Below the pieces are notes generated by a model. The model was not told where the DNA came from. It worked only from the letters and a program-made list of their open reading frames with translations, and searched no databases. A stretch of 47,165 nt of DNA from a virus (taxonomy: Duplodnaviria; Caudoviricetes): positions 1 through 47,165 of the IMG/VR virus record IMGVR_UViG_3300024038_000025; one strand, written 5' to 3'. Shown here piece by piece: positions 42,554 to 47,165 of the stretch (position 1 is the first letter of the stretch; every line of letters starts with the position of its first letter). A program made the translations under genes and the position numbers.

Positions 42554-44460
42554 AGCGCGACGCCTTCACCATGCAGCTCGACCTCGGTCACGAGCTTGTC
42601 ATCGACAACTTCGCTGGCGGCGGGGGCGCGAGCACCGGCCTCGAAGCAGCGCTTGGTCGCCCGGTCGACATCGCCATCAACCATGACCCCGAAGCGCTGG
42701 CGATGCACGCGATCAATCACCCGCGCACGCGGCACATGCTGCAGAGCGTGTGGGACGTTGACCCGATCGCGGTCACGAACAACTGCCCCGTCGGCCTGGT
42801 CTGGCTGTCGCCCGACTGCAAGCACTTCAGCAAAGCCAAGGGCGGCACGCCGGTATCGAAGCACATCCGCGGTTTGGCCTGGGTGGGCATGCGCTGGGTC
42901 GCGCTCACGCGCCCTCGCGTGCTCATGCTGGAGAACGTCGAAGAGTTCACAACGTGGGGCCCGCTCATCATCGACGCTGACGGCAGCGCCCGACCGGACC
43001 CGAAGCGCAAGGGCCAGACCTTCGAGAGCTTCGTGCGCCAGCTTCGCCGCCATGGCTACACCGTGGAATGGACCGAGCGGCGCGCTTGCAACGCGGGAGC
43101 TCCGACCATCCGCAAGCGCCTGTTCCTGATCGCGCGCCGCGACGGATTGCCGATCGTGTGGCCGGCGCCGACTCACCGCGCGCCCGACTCGAAGGAAGTC
43201 CGCACCGGTCGCGCCAAGCCTTGGCGCACTGCGGCTGAGTGCATCGACTTCAGCCTGCCGGCGCAGAGCATCTTTGGCCGCAAGAAGGCGCTCGCGGACA
43301 ACACGCTGCGACGCGTCGCGAAAGGCTTGTGGCGGCATGTGCTCACGAACCCGCGGCCGTTCATCGTCGGCAACGAGGCGCCTTTCGTGGCCAAGTACCG
43401 GGCGGACAGCGCCGGCAGCCCTATCGACGCGCCCCTGCCGACGGTCACCGCGAACAGTTTCGTCAAACGCCCGGGCGGCGCCGCGCCGCTGGCCATGGCC
43501 GCCGCCAGCTTGGCCCCATTCATCACTGAACACGCCAACGGCAGCAACCAACGGACCATGGCAGCAGACGAGCCGCTGCGGACCATCTGCGCCCAAGTGA
43601 AGGGCGGTCATTTCTCTGTTGTTGCGCCGGTCATTGCCTCCCTGCGGGGCACCACGCCAGCCCACCTGACGGCGCACCGCGCCGACGCTCCCCTATCTAC
43701 CGTTTCTGCCGGCGGCACACACCATGGACTCAGCGCGGCCCACCTGGTGACCATCGGATACGGTGAGCGCAAAGGGCAAGAAGCCCGCACCCATGTTTGC
43801 GGTGAGCCTCTGGGAACCGTCGTTGCAGGTGGCGTCAAGCAGGGAGTCGTCACCGCCTTTCTGGAGCAGGCCAACGGCGGTTTCTACGACGGGGACGGCC
43901 GATCGCTTGCAGAGCCGGCCTCCACAATCACCGCCAGCGGGAGCCAGCAGCGCCTGGTATCGGCCTACCTCGTGAAGTACTACAGCAGCGGCGGCCAGTG
44001 GCAAGGCGTGGCCGAGCCCATGCACACGCTGCCCACCAGAGGCCGCATGGGCTTGGTGCAGACGGTCCAGGTTTCGACAGACTGCATTGCGCCCGACCTA
44101 CTCGAGCGGGCGCGAGCGTGCGCCGCCCTGCTGCACCGCTTCCTGCCGGAGCACTTCCCCGAGCCGGCGGACCTCGTGCTCGTCGGCGACTACGTGCTTA
44201 TCGACATCACCCTGCGGATGCTCAAGGCGCCCGAGCTGTATCGCGCCCAGGGCTTCCCCTCCAACTACGTGATCGACGAAATCCCGGATCCGAAGCTGCT
44301 GTTCGTCAATGGCGTCCAGGTCGCGGACCCGCTGTCGGTCCCCCGCATCAAGTTGTCCGCGACCGCGCAGGTGCGCATGTGCGGCAACAGCGTTTCCCCG
44401 CCCGAGGCCGAGGCACTCGCCAGGGCGAACTTTGCTCATGAAGAAAGGATGGCGGCATGA
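42550..44460 (+). CDS. Orphan DNA cytosine-5 methyltransferase
   Basis: FAGGGG, SPDC, ENV, R.RLF, AQGFP and CGNSV motifs; no adjacent nuclease. Confidence 0.93.
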   Translation: MKRDAFTMQLDLGHELVIDNFAGGGGASTGLEAALGRPVDIAINHDPEALAMHAINHPRTRHMLQSVWDVDPIAVTNNCPVGLVWLSPDCKHFSKAKGGTPVSKHIRGLAWVGMRWVALTRPRVLMLENVEEFTTWGPLIIDADGSARPDPKRKGQTFESFVRQLRRHGYTVEWTERRACNAGAPTIRKRLFLIARRDGLPIVWPAPTHRAPDSKEVRTGRAKPWRTAAECIDFSLPAQSIFGRKKALADNTLRRVAKGLWRHVLTNPRPFIVGNEAPFVAKYRADSAGSPIDAPLPTVTANSFVKRPGGAAPLAMAAASLAPFITEHANGSNQRTMAADEPLRTICAQVKGGHFSVVAPVIASLRGTTPAHLTAHRADAPLSTVSAGGTHHGLSAAHLVTIGYGERKGQEARTHVCGEPLGTVVAGGVKQGVVTAFLEQANGGFYDGDGRSLAEPASTITASGSQQRLVSAYLVKYYSSGGQWQGVAEPMHTLPTRGRMGLVQTVQVSTDCIAPDLLERARACAALLHRFLPEHFPEPADLVLVGDYVLIDITLRMLKAPELYRAQGFPSNYVIDEIPDPKLLFVNGVQVADPLSVPRIKLSATAQVRMCGNSVSPPEAEALARANFAHEERMAA

Positions 44461-44669
44461 CCACGCCAGCGATCAGCTCTCGACGAATCATCCGCCTGCC
44501 GGAGGTCCAGCGGCTCGTCGGCTTAGGCAAAACGAAGATCTACGCCGAGATGAAGAGTGGCGCGTTTCCAAGAGCCGTAAAGCTTGGTCGGATGTCTGGC
44601 TGGGTCGAGTCCGAAATCGACGATTGGATTGGAGCTCAGATGTCCGCAAGGACGGACGGAAAGCCCTAG
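44457..44669 (+). CDS. alpA: AlpA-family excisionase / recombination directionality factor
   Basis: IIRLPEV...GL.KT.IY...G.FP..VKLG...GW.ESEIDDWI. Confidence 0.93.
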   Translation: MTTPAISSRRIIRLPEVQRLVGLGKTKIYAEMKSGAFPRAVKLGRMSGWVESEIDDWIGAQMSARTDGKP

Positions 44670-44872
44670 CACCCGAGCAGAGCGCGTTATCTGCGTCACA
44701 TGCGATATCCATATCGGTGACGGTGCGGCCAGCCCGTTGTCATACAATCCGCGCTCTCCAACTTGGAGAGCGCATCGAGAATTGCCGCATCTGCAGTTTG
44801 TGGTCTGTTGATTTTGCAGCAAAGACATTGGCTTCGCGGAGCCAACCATTTCAGCAAACGAAAGGACAGCAC

Positions 44873-45241
44873 ATGAAACACAGCCTGCGTATCCTTGGCC
44901 TCGTCGGCCTCATGTCGATCGGATTCATCAGCACAGCTCACGCTGCTGCCTGCACGGTCAGTGTCAGCAACAGCGTCATCGGGTCAGTTGCGCCTGGCGG
45001 CGAGACCGTCGCGGCGGGTCCCTTTGCCGTGAACTGCGATGGTTCCTTTAGCGGCTCAATGCAGAATCTTTCGAGCGCATCGATGATTCTCGAACTGCAG
45101 AAATACGTCGGCGGCGCTTGGGTTGCCGTCGCCTCTGGCTACATCAGCTATTCTGGCACCGCGGGCTCTTACCGCTACAGTGTTCGGCACCTTTCGGGCG
45201 GAACGGGCAGCTTCAAGGTGACGTACCGCGTGCCGAGCTGA
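44873..45241 (+). CDS. Secreted beta-rich hypothetical protein (moron)
   Basis: AAAGGA RBS; Sec signal (AHA-A); two Cys; Gly/Ser-rich beta strands. Confidence 0.8.
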   Translation: MKHSLRILGLVGLMSIGFISTAHAAACTVSVSNSVIGSVAPGGETVAAGPFAVNCDGSFSGSMQNLSSASMILELQKYVGGAWVAVASGYISYSGTAGSYRYSVRHLSGGTGSFKVTYRVPS

Positions 45242-45283
45242 CCTGCGGCCAGGAGAGGGGCTGATTCCTCCCTCCGCGAGAGA

Positions 45284-45808
45284 TCACGAATGAATGTGGT
45301 CTCTCGTGTCAGACGCAAAAGACATCAGATTCGCCAGCGTCTGCACCGCGAGCTCACGGTTCTGTACCGCCCAATTAAGAGTCGAGTCGTTCTTGCCAGC
45401 TTCGGCGACCGCGGATCTCATGAACTCGAAGTGCGCTTGCATATCGATTGGTTCATTGGGGTCGCGCGGGGGTTCCGTATCCAGCTCGGTGCCGACAAGA
45501 TTTGCGGTTTCTTCAGCAGTCAGCTCGCCACGGCTGTAGAGCTCATTCGCTAGTTGCCCGAGCTGGCGGGGCGTGATGTTGTTGAAGTCGTATTGGCTGA
45601 CCAACTCGCGCAGATCCTTGATGCCCGCCACCGGCGTAGCCGTTTTCGCGGCATCCACCGAGGCGGCTCGCTTACCCGCATCCGAGATGGAAACGCGCGT
45701 GCTCTCCGCCGTCGCATCGCGCAACGGTTGATGATCCTGCCGGGTGCTGACCTTCAAGTTCTGCAGGTAATTTGTCGCGGTAGACGACGAGATGCGGATA
45801 TCAGCCAT
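45284..45808 (-). CDS. Hypothetical protein with sigma28-type promoter (moron)
   Basis: GGAGG RBS; low-complexity N-terminus with STRVSISDAG; YDFNNITPRQL helical domain. Confidence 0.8.
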   Translation of the reverse strand: MADIRISSSTATNYLQNLKVSTRQDHQPLRDATAESTRVSISDAGKRAASVDAAKTATPVAGIKDLRELVSQYDFNNITPRQLGQLANELYSRGELTAEETANLVGTELDTEPPRDPNEPIDMQAHFEFMRSAVAEAGKNDSTLNWAVQNRELAVQTLANLMSFASDTRDHIHS

Positions 45809-45841
45809 GGCTGCCTCCGAACAAGGTGAGTTTTGCCTATG

Positions 45842-45868
45842 TTGTCGGCATTCTGCGCGAACACTTTA
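45842..45868 (-). promoter_or_regulatory. Sigma28 (FliA) promoter
   Basis: TAAA-N15-GCCGACAA versus consensus TAAA-N15-GCCGATAA, 33 bp upstream of ATG 45808. Confidence 0.75.
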
Positions 45869-45953
45869 GGCCCTCCGGCTGTAACTGCGGAGGCAACAAC
45901 GCATTCGGCCGCATTGCATCTTGACGTTACCATCCACCAGCGCAGGGTTTCTC

Positions 45954-47165
45954 TCATTGGTACGCCAAGCTGGTGGCAAGTTCTCGCGAAGGGATCGAGT
46001 CGATCCAATCCGCCCAAGCCTGCATCATCTCGCGACGCTCGGCGAGGTACTCGGCATGGTTGTAAGCCTTCTTGGCCTTATTCTTCTCCACATGGGCCAA
46101 TTGGAGCTCAATCGCGTCTGATCTGAATCCAAATTCGTGGAGTTGAGTTGAGGCTGTAGCTCGGAAGTCGTGTCCAGTCCATTGCCCTGAGGCATAGCCC
46201 ATGTGTTCCAGGGCGCGATTGATTGTCGTCGCACTCATGACGTCCTTCGGCCTGCGCCCGTTAGGGAAGAGCCACTCACCCGCGCCGGTGATTTCCGCGA
46301 GCTCGCGCAGCAGCGCGAGTGCCTGAGTGGGCAGAGGGACCAAGTGCCGGCGTCTCATCTTCATGCGGCTCGGCGGAACGTCCCAAAGCGCGTCATCAGT
46401 GTCGAACGTCTCCCACCTGCCGTGCCGCAGCTCGGTCGTTCGAGGAAAGAGATAGAGCATCAGCCACAAGGCGATCACCGTGGTGCGGTTGCCACCGTAA
46501 CGCGACAAGCGCGCCTTATAGTCGCCGATATCGGCCGGCGACATTGGCTTCGCGTGGTCGACAGCCGGCCGCTGCAGCGCCCCCTTCAGCGCGGCGGCCG
46601 GATCACCGTCAGCGCGCAGGGTGGCCACGGCATACCGACAGATGCCAGAGACCCACTGCCGCAATTGCAAGGCGTAGGTTACGGCGCCCCGCTTCTCCAT
46701 CTCCTGCAGCACACGCAGAAGCTGCGCCGCGGTGAAGGTGCGAATCGGCTGCCGCCCGTGTCGAGGGAAAAGGTTCTGCTCCAGACAGCGCGTAGCCTGG
46801 GCAAGGTAAGTGGCCGACCAGGTAGCGGCCTTCTTTGCCAACCACTCGCGCCCCACGGCCTCGACCGTGTTGGCGTTCTGCGTGACTTGGTCCGCCACTG
46901 CAGCCTGGCGGGCGTGCGCAGGATGAATGCCCTGCTTCACCAGCGCCCGCGCCTCATCCCGTGCTGCGCGCGCGTCGAGAAGCGAGTACTCCGGGTAGTC
47001 GCCGATCGCGAAGAGGTTTTCGCGACCTGCGATCCGATAGCGGTATCGCCAAAGCTTCGACCCGTTAGGGCGGACTTCCAGATACAGCCCGTGCGAGTCG
47101 GTGAGCTTGAGGGGCTTGTCGGCCAGCGGCTTCGTCTGGCGGATCTTCAGGTCGGTAAGGGCCAC
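45954..47165 (-). CDS. int: Tyrosine integrase, P4-like with Arm-DNA-binding domain
   Basis: LTD..I...KP, GLYLEV.P.GSKLWRYRY; catalytic R, HDFR, LAH and AYNHAEYL. Confidence 0.96.
   Translation of the reverse strand: MALTDLKIRQTKPLADKPLKLTDSHGLYLEVRPNGSKLWRYRYRIAGRENLFAIGDYPEYSLLDARAARDEARALVKQGIHPAHARQAAVADQVTQNANTVEAVGREWLAKKAATWSATYLAQATRCLEQNLFPRHGRQPIRTFTAAQLLRVLQEMEKRGAVTYALQLRQWVSGICRYAVATLRADGDPAAALKGALQRPAVDHAKPMSPADIGDYKARLSRYGGNRTTVIALWLMLYLFPRTTELRHGRWETFDTDDALWDVPPSRMKMRRRHLVPLPTQALALLRELAEITGAGEWLFPNGRRPKDVMSATTINRALEHMGYASGQWTGHDFRATASTQLHEFGFRSDAIELQLAHVEKNKAKKAYNHAEYLAERREMMQAWADWIDSIPSRELATSLAYQ

Larger units (their letters stand above)
1..47165. mobile_element. Lambdoid siphovirus prophage (att sites not visible, probably just outside the window)
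   Basis: Full ordered set of lysis, tail, head, terminase, replication, cI/cro switch, early genes, AlpA and tyrosine integrase; no host housekeeping genes seen. Confidence 0.97.

Noticed and set aside
1-47165. att direct repeats, tRNA, CRISPR array
   Set aside because: None detected by eye; the window starts and ends exactly at start codons, so flanks are missing.

Overview
Near-complete, high-GC lambdoid siphovirus prophage, probably from a betaproteobacterial host (inferred from GC content and gene families). Both att ends fall outside the window. Left to right: a lysis cassette (Rz/Rz1, GH19 endolysin, two holin-like genes), a non-contractile tail module, and a lambda-type head module (gpW, portal, S49 protease/scaffold, D, E). 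A ~4.9 kb accessory block is inserted between terL-mor and gpW. Next come the terminase, an iteron-rich origin, split helicase and primase genes, cII and cro, and a cI lacking a peptidase domain. A ~4 kb accessory island sits between the two operator clusters and carries a RexAB-like gene pair, a Tae4/Tai4 T6SS effector-immunity pair and a lipoprotein. The early operon follows (YfdP/YfdQ, exonuclease, HD hydrolase, ASCH, C5 methyltransferase, AlpA), then two morons and a P4-type tyrosine integrase. Most striking observations: (1) a C4-antisense-controlled BRO-N antirepressor whose C-terminal 100 aa are a ~50%-identical copy of the C-terminal domain of this phage's own replicative helicase; (2) a sigma28-promoter-driven moron with a flagellar-export-like N-terminus; (3) a prophage-borne Tae4/Tai4 pair; (4) two unannotated ~66 aa paralogues 36 kb apart; (5) a Pro/Gln-rich 40 aa peptide coupled to a 2TM SLATT-like gene. 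All family calls come from motif recognition by eye, with no database search.
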